Assembly: GCA_001001485.1 (NCBI GenBank)
Contig: LCKO01000002.1
Coordinates: 47,567 to 111,566, forward strand
From: Candidatus Collierbacteria bacterium GW2011_GWB2_45_17
GTDB lineage: Bacteria; Patescibacteriota; Microgenomatia; UBA1400; MFAQ01
DNA length: 64,000 nucleotides
Direction of reading: 5' to 3'
Shown piece after piece: positions 1 to 8,189 of the stretch. Positions within the stretch are counted from its first letter, which is position 1, and every line of letters begins with the position of its first letter. The notes beneath the pieces are model-generated. The model was not told where the DNA came from, searched no databases, and saw nothing but the letters and a program-made list of their open reading frames with translations. The position numbers and the translations under genes were made by a program.

Positions 1-2
1 TA

Positions 3-182
3 GCTACAAAAGGTCACATGGATACGAGTAATTTTATGCACAATGTGAATGTACCTCCGGCGGGTGTGTTGGCAGGTGGTCCTGAACAGTCAGATAAGGT
101 TATACAAGATGGTGATGAAATTGTAATTGAATCAAAATCAGACACGTCTTATCTGATGGGATACAGAATTGCGTACAAATAA
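3..182 (+). CDS. 3' end of an upstream gene (partial), product unknown
   Basis: Open frame from window edge to TAA at 180-182 (..GYRIAYK*); no recognisable motif. Confidence 0.3.
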   Translation, partial: ATKGHMDTSNFMHNVNVPPAGVLAGGPEQSDKVIQDGDEIVIESKSDTSYLMGYRIAYK

Positions 183-194
183 TAGTCGTTTAGT

Positions 195-500
195 CTACTC
201 CTTGGGTTCGATTAAACTTTCCGCTAAAGGCTCAATAATTTTTTCTAATATTTCCTGATCTGAGAATGTTGATGCTAACGATTGAAGAATAGAAGTTCTT
301 TGTTCTTCATCTGTTTCTTCCCATGGATTAAATTTTAAATGTTTCTCAAGTTCTGTTATGGGGTCTATCTCTTTATGTTTTAAGTCTACATTTATGCATT
401 TCACATCGATAGCTCTTTCTTTTCCGATGAATGGTATGTCATCTTTGTTGACCACAAGGACTTCGTCTCCTAATTTTGCTACTGGATAAAGTTCGTTCAT
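195..500 (-). CDS. hypothetical small acidic protein (101 aa)
   Basis: ORF track; immediately downstream of the 387-aa ORF on same strand (3-bp gap); AT-rich by eye. Confidence 0.4.
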   Translation of the reverse strand: MNELYPVAKLGDEVLVVNKDDIPFIGKERAIDVKCINVDLKHKEIDPITELEKHLKFNPWEETDEEQRTSILQSLASTFSDQEILEKIIEPLAESLIEPKE

Positions 501-502
501 TT

Positions 503-1666
503 TTAATATTCAATTAATTTAATATCTGAGTCCGGATGTGCCTCTTTAAACTTATTATATATCCTTCGCACATCTTCGACCCCATCACGATCCAATCCGT
601 TTTTAGTAGATATGTATATAGCTTCGATGTCATCAATTCTCAGTTGCCCATGAAACTGGGCTTCAGTATAACTTGATCCCCAATTTGTTTTGCTTGTTCT
701 TTCAATTTTTTCTAAAACTCCATCCACAGAATAATCTTTGATTCGCATACTTACAAAGTGAGGTTTGGAAGCTGGTGTTGGAGGCCAGTTCATTTGTCCA
801 AGGCTATCTTGGAAGGTGAGTGTTGTTTTTTGCATGGCTCGTTCCCTCTTAACTTTAACAGTCACTTCACCATATTGAGTAACATCGTTACTTGGAGGAA
901 TAGTTCCTTCATCGTTTATAGCTCCGAATTCGTTATCGGAAAAATAGCCATAAATTGGTCTAAATTCATTACTGTTTTTAACAGCTTCCTCTGGAATATC
1001 TTCTTCACGATAAATTGAAGAATGATCAAAGCCATCTGGTTCGTTAAATCCAAACATTTGCATCTCTGCTTGTGCTCTATATCTTTGGTTAAGACATCCA
1101 TTGCTTCTATTTGTTTCAAACTGGCTTTTATATCTGCCGCTATCGTTTAGCACCTTATCAAGCACATCAACATGGGTTGCTCTAAAAAAATTAGACTCTC
1201 TTACAACTTGTTCTACTTTCTCTTGTAACTTTTGTTTAAAGAGTTCTACTGTAAGTCCTGCTGATTCCGCAGCTTGTTCATATATTTCTTGATGCTCTTT
1301 TTCTGAGTCAAGAATGTTTTTTCTCATTTTGGCTTTGATTTCTGGATTAGCCTCGATATTCAGTGCTTCCCATTCACGAAAATATTTTTCTGTTGCAGCC
1401 GAAGGGAACTCATTTTTGTCGTATGAGACTTCTGCGAAGGCTGTGGGTTCTTGTATTGTGGCTTCAGTTGTTTCAAATGCTTCGGCTTCTCCTGGTTCGG
1501 AAAGTGGTTTAGTTGTTGGTAGTTCTAAATCAACAGCACTTGAACTAGCCCCCCCCAATCTTGTTCGGAATCTGGAGAGAATATCAGCACCTACTTCTTT
1601 TATAGTTTTCTTTTTTGCTTCGAACCCTGGTGACATATCCATAAATGTTTCTGCCATACACCCCAT
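503..1666 (-). CDS. hypothetical protein (387 aa), no recognisable domain
   Basis: Long ORF with even codon usage; AT-rich by eye relative to neighbours. Confidence 0.45.
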   Translation of the reverse strand: MGCMAETFMDMSPGFEAKKKTIKEVGADILSRFRTRLGGASSSAVDLELPTTKPLSEPGEAEAFETTEATIQEPTAFAEVSYDKNEFPSAATEKYFREWEALNIEANPEIKAKMRKNILDSEKEHQEIYEQAAESAGLTVELFKQKLQEKVEQVVRESNFFRATHVDVLDKVLNDSGRYKSQFETNRSNGCLNQRYRAQAEMQMFGFNEPDGFDHSSIYREEDIPEEAVKNSNEFRPIYGYFSDNEFGAINDEGTIPPSNDVTQYGEVTVKVKRERAMQKTTLTFQDSLGQMNWPPTPASKPHFVSMRIKDYSVDGVLEKIERTSKTNWGSSYTEAQFHGQLRIDDIEAIYISTKNGLDRDGVEDVRRIYNKFKEAHPDSDIKLIEY

Positions 1667-1704
1667 TATTGCGGTGATTTAGACAAGAGTCAATAACCGT
1701 AACC

Positions 1705-2790
1705 TTATACTACTCCCAGGCTCGGTTCCGGCCTCAAATCCAATTCTGAGCCTTCCGGCCGCAATATTGCCGCCGCACCTACCATGGCGGCATTATCTCC
1801 ACAATACTTTAATTCCGGAACGTAGAACTTTAAACCAGCATTTTCAACAGCAACTTTCAACAGCTCTCTCAGCATTTTATTCGCCGCCACTCCTCCAGCC
1901 AAAATTACATCTTTTGGCTTAAACTTCTCGACCGCGGCCATTGTTTTTTTGACCAATACTTCCGTCACCGCCTCGCTAAATTCCCTCGCCACCAAATTTG
2001 TATAACTAACAACTGTCATCTGAGAACTGTTATCTAAAATCTGAGATCTATTTTCCACCATTCTAGCCACCGCCGCCTTGATACCCGAGAAACTCATCTC
2101 CAATCCTGGATCATGAAGCAACGGTCTGGGTAACTTAAATTTGTTTTTATTTAGATTCCACTCTTCCTCGGTCACCTTACTCGCTGCTTTATCTACTTCT
2201 GGTCCACCAGGGTAGGGAAGACCAAGTAGTCGAGCTGTCTTGTCAAATGCTTCACCGGCCGCATCATCTCTCGTCCCTCCAATCCATGTCCATTTCAAAA
2301 GACTTTCCAAAAGAATCAAATCGGTGTGTCCACCACTTACCACCAGTCCCACCGCCGGCAGATGGGGAATATCGTAGAAATTTTCAATATCTTGAGTTCT
2401 TGAGTTCTTGAGTTCTTGAGTTTTTTCTCCAACTATCCAATTCGCCATCACATGTGCCGCCATGTGATTTACCTTAAGTAGTGGTTTTTTCCACGCCCAA
2501 GCCAGTACCTTGGCCGTCTCCACGCCTATCAGCAAACTTCCCATCAACCCCGGTCCGTAACTTACTGCCACCGCGTCTATTTCCTCGCCCTTGATAGCTT
2601 CGGTAATCACCGGAATGATACTTTTTATCTGCTCCCTCGCCGCCACCTCCGGAACGATACCACCATATTTCTTTTGCATCTCCACCGAACTGGCTACAAC
2701 ATTGCTGATCACTCTCACTCCGCCACCAAAACTCTCTACCACCGCCGCGGCCGTCTCGTCACATGTCGATTCAATAGCCAGTACCTTCAT
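1705..2790 (-). CDS. tsaD: tRNA N6-adenosine threonylcarbamoyltransferase TsaD (Kae1/Gcp family)
   Basis: N-term MKVLAIESTCDETAAAVV, His pair HMAAHV, VSGGHTDL motif; 361 aa; carries in-frame CTTGAGTT x4 insert. Confidence 0.9.
   Translation of the reverse strand: MKVLAIESTCDETAAAVVESFGGGVRVISNVVASSVEMQKKYGGIVPEVAAREQIKSIIPVITEAIKGEEIDAVAVSYGPGLMGSLLIGVETAKVLAWAWKKPLLKVNHMAAHVMANWIVGEKTQELKNSRTQDIENFYDIPHLPAVGLVVSGGHTDLILLESLLKWTWIGGTRDDAAGEAFDKTARLLGLPYPGGPEVDKAASKVTEEEWNLNKNKFKLPRPLLHDPGLEMSFSGIKAAVARMVENRSQILDNSSQMTVVSYTNLVAREFSEAVTEVLVKKTMAAVEKFKPKDVILAGGVAANKMLRELLKVAVENAGLKFYVPELKYCGDNAAMVGAAAILRPEGSELDLRPEPSLGVV
2391..2422 (+). repeat. Family B repeat copy B1: perfect 4x tandem octamer CTTGAGTT, in-frame inside tsaD (encodes KTQELKNSRTQD)
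   Basis: Read directly: cttgagtt x4 followed by ttttt; related copies at 20741 and 45925. Confidence 0.9.
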
Positions 2791-4506
2791 CTAGTTTCCG
2801 GTACCCTTCAAATAAACCGCCTGCCAGGGTTGGTAGTTACTCACAAAAGTTTTTTCGTAAATACTTTCCCCATTTCTCTCTACTTTATAATCGAAAGCGA
2901 CCTTTGCCCCAAAGGCTGACCAATCTATCTGTTTGGTAGTTCCCGTCGGTAGCGTTGGGTCATCCACATATAGCATTGCCGGCGGGGAACTTTGATTTGA
3001 AATTCTCGATTTGGATATCGTTGAACTTCTTCCATCACTTGTTCCATAAATATTTACCTTCATTGACATCTTCTTCGTATCAACTTCTTCTTGAATCAGA
3101 ATATAGTTTCCTGTATCGTTCAAAAATTTCAGATCCGCAGTTGGATAAAAAACTGTGGCATCAATTCCTGGAGGACTATCTTGCTCGTAATAGCCCACTC
3201 TATACGAATGGGCTTTTCTCTCGGTGATTGGCAGTCCGGCATCCAGAGCAGCTCGGAAAGTAGTCGTCGATACCTGACAAACTCCTCCACCGTCACCCAA
3301 AACTGTCCGCCCTTGACTAATGACGTAGGCCGTCTGATAACCCGTTGTCCTCGTAATATCTCCCACAGACTTGACAAAGGAAAACTCTTCTCCCGGGGCA
3401 ACCAAAGTTCCGTTCACTCGCGAAGCCGCTAAATTAACATTAAAAACTCTACCGGGGATAGAGTGGAGGAAGGTCGATTTACCACTTCCGATCAACTCCT
3501 TAATTCCCAAATTATTAATATCTTCTGTTTTGATCTTGGGGTAAGTTAGAATCACCGGCACCTCTAGGTCTTTTTTTTCACCGGCCAACAAATACTCGGC
3601 CAGCTTCCGGTTAAACGCAGGAATGTCAATTCTGGCCCCTATCACCTCCGGTCTAAATTCATTCACCTTATTATTTTCAAAAACAAAGATCGCGTCTTTA
3701 GGCTCCGTTTCGATAAAAGGCTTAATCTCCTCAATCAGACTTTCTAAACTATTTTTTTCTAATACGTCACTAGCTAGACCAAAAAGACTCAGCATCTCCT
3801 CTTGTTTCAGAGTCCTGACGAACTCTCCAAAACGGAGAGTCAAATTATTCTGTCCCCATTTTTCCAAAGCCAACTTTGCCATAGTCAACCTGTCGCTATT
3901 TACGCTGACATCAATCGTGCTGATCGGGACAGTAATTTCATGTTTCCCGGGGAGGGACAAACCGGTCAATATCTCTCTGATCAAGTCATCTTTCTTGATC
4001 TCAACCCCATTTACTCCCTCAGATACAACTATTTTATTATCTGCCCTTGTAAGTCTAGGCCAGACCGGTTTCTGCTCTATTTTTTCTGAGATTTGCCCAA
4101 CGAGGTCGTTTAACTCACCGACATCCAGCTTTACGGGGATCTTAATTTCCGCGCCCTTAATCAAAGTTCTGATCTGCTCCGCCATCTGTGTCAGAATGTT
4201 TCCATTTCTACCCACACTCAACGCCTGATCCACGGCCCATACCGGATCTTGCTCAACCTTCAAACCCTCCAGCTTAGACACCTCTGTTCCCTCAGTCACC
4301 AATATAACCAAACTTGGGTTAGTCTCAAAATAAGTCTTCACCAATCTGAGGGCAGACTCTTTGTTCATACCGGTCACTTCGATGTTGGCAATTTTCACTC
4401 TTGGATAAACCAGTTTCCGAAAGGCCAATCTATAACTAGTGACGACCGCTAAAGCGAACAGAAACAGAAAAACGGAAAAACCCAGGATGTATTTAAATTT
4501 TGTCAT
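2791..4506 (-). CDS. VanW family protein (N-terminal membrane anchor)
   Basis: C-terminal VanW-like block (PGEEFSF..GYQTAYVI..GGGVCQVSTT..YPTADLKF); 571 aa. Confidence 0.7.
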   Translation of the reverse strand: MTKFKYILGFSVFLFLFALAVVTSYRLAFRKLVYPRVKIANIEVTGMNKESALRLVKTYFETNPSLVILVTEGTEVSKLEGLKVEQDPVWAVDQALSVGRNGNILTQMAEQIRTLIKGAEIKIPVKLDVGELNDLVGQISEKIEQKPVWPRLTRADNKIVVSEGVNGVEIKKDDLIREILTGLSLPGKHEITVPISTIDVSVNSDRLTMAKLALEKWGQNNLTLRFGEFVRTLKQEEMLSLFGLASDVLEKNSLESLIEEIKPFIETEPKDAIFVFENNKVNEFRPEVIGARIDIPAFNRKLAEYLLAGEKKDLEVPVILTYPKIKTEDINNLGIKELIGSGKSTFLHSIPGRVFNVNLAASRVNGTLVAPGEEFSFVKSVGDITRTTGYQTAYVISQGRTVLGDGGGVCQVSTTTFRAALDAGLPITERKAHSYRVGYYEQDSPPGIDATVFYPTADLKFLNDTGNYILIQEEVDTKKMSMKVNIYGTSDGRSSTISKSRISNQSSPPAMLYVDDPTLPTGTTKQIDWSAFGAKVAFDYKVERNGESIYEKTFVSNYQPWQAVYLKGTGN

Positions 4507-6026
4507 TCTTGATATACTTTATCTGTAAACCTATGGATAATCAATTTTCTTTGCCTGGCCCAATACCTAACGTTCCGGAACCGGCTCTGATGCCCAAACC
4601 AGCTCCTCTGTCAAGTCCGGAAGAAGCCGCTCCTCCTCCGCCAGGATACCAACCTCCGGCCTCCGCCCCCCCGATAATCAAAAGCTCACTCAGAAAACTG
4701 CTCCTTCCGATTGGCATTGGCCTACTCGTAGTCGGCTTGGTCTCTTATCTTCTGTTTCGTTTGTTTGTCGGCAACAAAGCCGCTCCTCCTCAATCGGCTG
4801 TGCCTTCCAAACCGGTTACTCTGATTTACTATGGTTTATGGGAGCCTAGTTCGGTTATGAAACCGGTCATTGACGCCTTTGAGGCTAAAAATCCCAAAAT
4901 TAAAATTGATTATCAACTCCAGGCACCTCAAGATTACCAAGATCGTGTTAAAACAGCTTTAGAAAGCCCAGGTTCCCCGGACGTAATTCGTTTACACACT
5001 ACCTGGTTGCCTCTTTTTGCCGCCAACCTTCTTCCGGCTCCACCCAACACTCTTTCCGTCACCGAGCTAACCACTAATTTTTATCCCATCGTTAGCAAGT
5101 TGCTGGTCGCCAACAACCAAGTTTACGGCGCCCCCATGACGGCCGAAAGTCTTGGTTTATATATCAACTCAGCCATGCTTCAACAAAAACAACTCCAACC
5201 ACCCAAAACCTGGGAGGACCTGTTGACTGTTGCTAAAGCCATCAAAGAAGCAGATCCATTGACGGGTAAATTAACTCGCGCCGGAGTGGCTCTTGGAAAC
5301 ACCACCAATGTCGAGTACTGGCCGGACATTGTCTCGATGATGCTACTCCAATCCGGTGTTTCCTTGACCGATATTCAAGGTAAGGAAGTGGCTATTACTC
5401 TTACTTACTACACCGACTTTATCACCAAACATGCTGTTTGGGATCAAACCATGCCTCCATCAGTTGTTGCCTTTGCCAATGAAAAAGTGGCCATGATCAT
5501 CGCTCCAAGCTGGATTGCCAAAGACATCAAAGCCATCAACCCCTCACTTTCTTGGCAAGTTGTTGCTGTTCCTCAGTTACCCGACATTGATCCGGTAAAC
5601 TGGGCCTCTATTTGGTTCGAGGGTGTATCCAAAACCAGTAAATATCCCTTAGAATCATGGAAATTTGTCAGCTTCCTTGCTTCTGCAGAGGCTCAGCAAA
5701 TACTTTTCGATGCCGCCTCCATAGACCGAGGTTTTCCTCAACCCCCGGCCAACAAAGCGGTTGCCCAGACCGCAAGCAAAAATGCCGTTCTGGCTCCTTT
5801 TATTGCTGGACTCTCCACTGCCAAGAGTTTTTATACCGCCTCCATGACCCAAGACTCCAAAACGGCTCTGAACTACCGTCTCATAAAATACTTGGAAGAT
5901 GCTATCAACGGGATTATTTCCCGACAAGAAACTCCCAAAGTGGTTGAAGCTCTTCGTAATGGTTTCACTCAAGTTCTTTCTCAGTACGGACTGGTGGCGG
6001 CACCCACCCCCACACCCACTCCTTAA
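4500..6026 (+). CDS. Extracellular solute-binding protein (ABC transporter SBP family 1-like) with Pro-rich N-terminus and TM anchor
   Basis: MalE-like SBP region (LIYYGLWEPS..FEAKNPKIKIDYQ..); Pro-rich leader, TM, TPTPTP tail; true start may be the internal Met at 4533. Confidence 0.5.
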   Translation: MSFLIYFICKPMDNQFSLPGPIPNVPEPALMPKPAPLSSPEEAAPPPPGYQPPASAPPIIKSSLRKLLLPIGIGLLVVGLVSYLLFRLFVGNKAAPPQSAVPSKPVTLIYYGLWEPSSVMKPVIDAFEAKNPKIKIDYQLQAPQDYQDRVKTALESPGSPDVIRLHTTWLPLFAANLLPAPPNTLSVTELTTNFYPIVSKLLVANNQVYGAPMTAESLGLYINSAMLQQKQLQPPKTWEDLLTVAKAIKEADPLTGKLTRAGVALGNTTNVEYWPDIVSMMLLQSGVSLTDIQGKEVAITLTYYTDFITKHAVWDQTMPPSVVAFANEKVAMIIAPSWIAKDIKAINPSLSWQVVAVPQLPDIDPVNWASIWFEGVSKTSKYPLESWKFVSFLASAEAQQILFDAASIDRGFPQPPANKAVAQTASKNAVLAPFIAGLSTAKSFYTASMTQDSKTALNYRLIKYLEDAINGIISRQETPKVVEALRNGFTQVLSQYGLVAAPTPTPTP

Positions 6027-6028
6027 AT

Positions 6029-6868
6029 ATGGATCTGGCTCGAGCGGTGTCTGCTACCATTTCCTACGCCAACTACTTTAACTTTCCTCTCTTCCCTAAA
6101 GAAATACATCACTGGTTAATTCACTCTCGTCCCGTGTCTAAGAATGTACTCAAACCATATCTGACAGAAAAAATGTCAGTCGTTAATCGTCGTTACCGTT
6201 TACAAACCAACAAGTTCGCCAAACAAAAAATTCTTCACGCCCAAAAATTAATCGGCTTATTAAAACATTTTCCAGGACTGAGACTCATAGCTCTCACCGG
6301 CTCGGTTGCGGCCAGAAACGCTAAAAAAGATGATGACATCGACCTATTTTTCATTACCACCCCCCACGCACTTTGGCTGGTTCGACCTTTGGTGATCTGT
6401 ATCCTCACCATTTTTTTTCGCCGGCGTCATCCCTTGGAAGATCCTGCTCACGCTCCCAATGCCTTCTGCCCCAATTTCTGGCTCGATACTCTATCTCTTA
6501 CTATCGATGACTCGAAACAATCTCTTTTTACCGCTCACGAAGTTCTGCAAATAATACCTTTACTGGATAGGGGAGATACCTATCAATCTTTTTTGAAAGC
6601 CAACGCCTGGACCAAAAAATACCTCGCCAACGCTTACCTCGCATCTATATCAATCTCTTCTGTAGGGGCGAATCATGATTCGCCCGCAACTATCCCCGTT
6701 TCCCTCCTCCTCGCCCCCCTTAACTTGATTTTTTTCCTTTTTCAGTTTTTGTATATGCTCCCCAAAAAAACCACCGAAACTGTCAATCTTCATGTCGCTC
6801 ATCTCCACACCACCGACTATTCGAGTCAACTAGACGCTTATCTGATCCGGGATCCATCCGGAAACTAG
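6029..6868 (+). CDS. Nucleotidyltransferase-fold protein (Pol-beta-like NTase motif)
   Basis: GSVAARNAKKDDDIDLFF matches the GS-x(9-13)-DxD NTase signature. Confidence 0.4.
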   Translation: MDLARAVSATISYANYFNFPLFPKEIHHWLIHSRPVSKNVLKPYLTEKMSVVNRRYRLQTNKFAKQKILHAQKLIGLLKHFPGLRLIALTGSVAARNAKKDDDIDLFFITTPHALWLVRPLVICILTIFFRRRHPLEDPAHAPNAFCPNFWLDTLSLTIDDSKQSLFTAHEVLQIIPLLDRGDTYQSFLKANAWTKKYLANAYLASISISSVGANHDSPATIPVSLLLAPLNLIFFLFQFLYMLPKKTTETVNLHVAHLHTTDYSSQLDAYLIRDPSGN

Positions 6869-6886
6869 CTATATAATCAATTATCC

Positions 6887-7600
6887 ATGGATTTTTTTAC
6901 TCTCTACATTTACCAACCCTTTTTTAATATCTTAGTTGGACTTTACTGGTTGGTCGGACAAGTACTCGCTCGTCCCGACATGGGCATTGCTGTCATCCTC
7001 TTCGCCGTTGCCATTCGGATTATTCTTCTCCCGTTTGACCTCATTGGTGAACAGTCTGACGAAGACAAATTCCAGGTTTCTCAAAAAGTCAAACAAATCA
7101 AAAAAGAGTTTTCGGCCGACCCTGTCCGCCAAAAAGAAGCCATTCGCAGTCTCATGCGCCAAAGTCCCAAGGCTATCTTTTCCGAGGTCTTCACTATTAC
7201 CATTCAAGTTTTAATTATTTTGATCCTTTATCGCATTTTTACCACCGGCCTGGAAGGCGCCGACATGCATCTACTTTATCCGTTTATGCCATCGGTTCGT
7301 CAGCCGATCAGTCTCATTTTCATGGGGAAGTACGATCTCTCACACACCAACAGCACTCTTAACCTAATTCAATCTCTGATGATCGCCTTAGGCGAGATTG
7401 TTCATCTTTATTTTGCTCCGGTTAAGCCCACCAAAAAAGATTTGGTTTCCTTGGTAATTTTTCTACCTGTATTCAGCTTTCTAATCTTCATGTTCCTACC
7501 GGCCGGAAAAAAGGTTTTTATTATCACCTCCATCGCTTTCGGTATCGTTCTTAAGATCATTAAGCAAATTCATTATCTAACCTACGAAAAGAGGATATAA
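6887..7600 (+). CDS. yidC: Membrane protein insertase YidC/Oxa1 family (short form)
   Basis: YidC-like core: hydrophobic segments, charged KQIKKEF..RQKEAIRSLMRQS loop, 237 aa. Confidence 0.55.
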   Translation: MDFFTLYIYQPFFNILVGLYWLVGQVLARPDMGIAVILFAVAIRIILLPFDLIGEQSDEDKFQVSQKVKQIKKEFSADPVRQKEAIRSLMRQSPKAIFSEVFTITIQVLIILILYRIFTTGLEGADMHLLYPFMPSVRQPISLIFMGKYDLSHTNSTLNLIQSLMIALGEIVHLYFAPVKPTKKDLVSLVIFLPVFSFLIFMFLPAGKKVFIITSIAFGIVLKIIKQIHYLTYEKRI

Positions 7601-7611
7601 TAACCCAAGCT

Positions 7612-8169
7612 ATGGCTGATTTTGATAAATTGGTAGTTTCCTTTCTCGTCGATGAAGTCGTTGGAGGCTTCTTTATCTCCGTCCCACCCGGACACGTTGC
7701 CTGTGTCTATGATCGTGGAGCAGGCGTCCTTAAACGCGTTTGGGGTCCAGGTCTCCATCTCAAAATTCCTTTTTGGCAGATAGCCAAGTTGTTCAACGCT
7801 CAAGTTCTGGAATACACCATCAGGCACGGATTTGATCTTTCTATCAAAGAAGTTCTTGGAGACGAACCGGTTATTGCCACCACCAAAGACAACCAGACCG
7901 TTTCTATCGAAGGTTCCATCCTTTTCCGACTTGACAAAGCCAACGCCCCTCTTCTTTGGGAGAACATCGGTGACAACTTCATCTCCAAAGTTATCCGTCC
8001 TTACTCCAGAAGTCGGATCGCCTCGGCTTTTAGCCAGTTTGACTCCAAAGAAATCGGCGTCGAGCGTTCTAAAATTGAAACTTTCCTCAAGAACGAACTC
8101 AACGAACTTTTCCGGGACAAAGCTCTGATTATCGAGAATGTGCTTTTTTCGGAAGTAAAAAAGGTTTAG
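7612..8169 (+). CDS. SPFH/Band-7 (prohibitin/HflK-like) domain protein
   Basis: N-terminal anchor then SPFH-like core (VPPGHVACVYDRGAGVLKRVWGPGLHLKIPF..ATTKDNQTVSIEGSILFR). Confidence 0.55.
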   Translation: MADFDKLVVSFLVDEVVGGFFISVPPGHVACVYDRGAGVLKRVWGPGLHLKIPFWQIAKLFNAQVLEYTIRHGFDLSIKEVLGDEPVIATTKDNQTVSIEGSILFRLDKANAPLLWENIGDNFISKVIRPYSRSRIASAFSQFDSKEIGVERSKIETFLKNELNELFRDKALIIENVLFSEVKKV

Positions 8170-8189
8170 TTTTTTTATATACTTAATCT

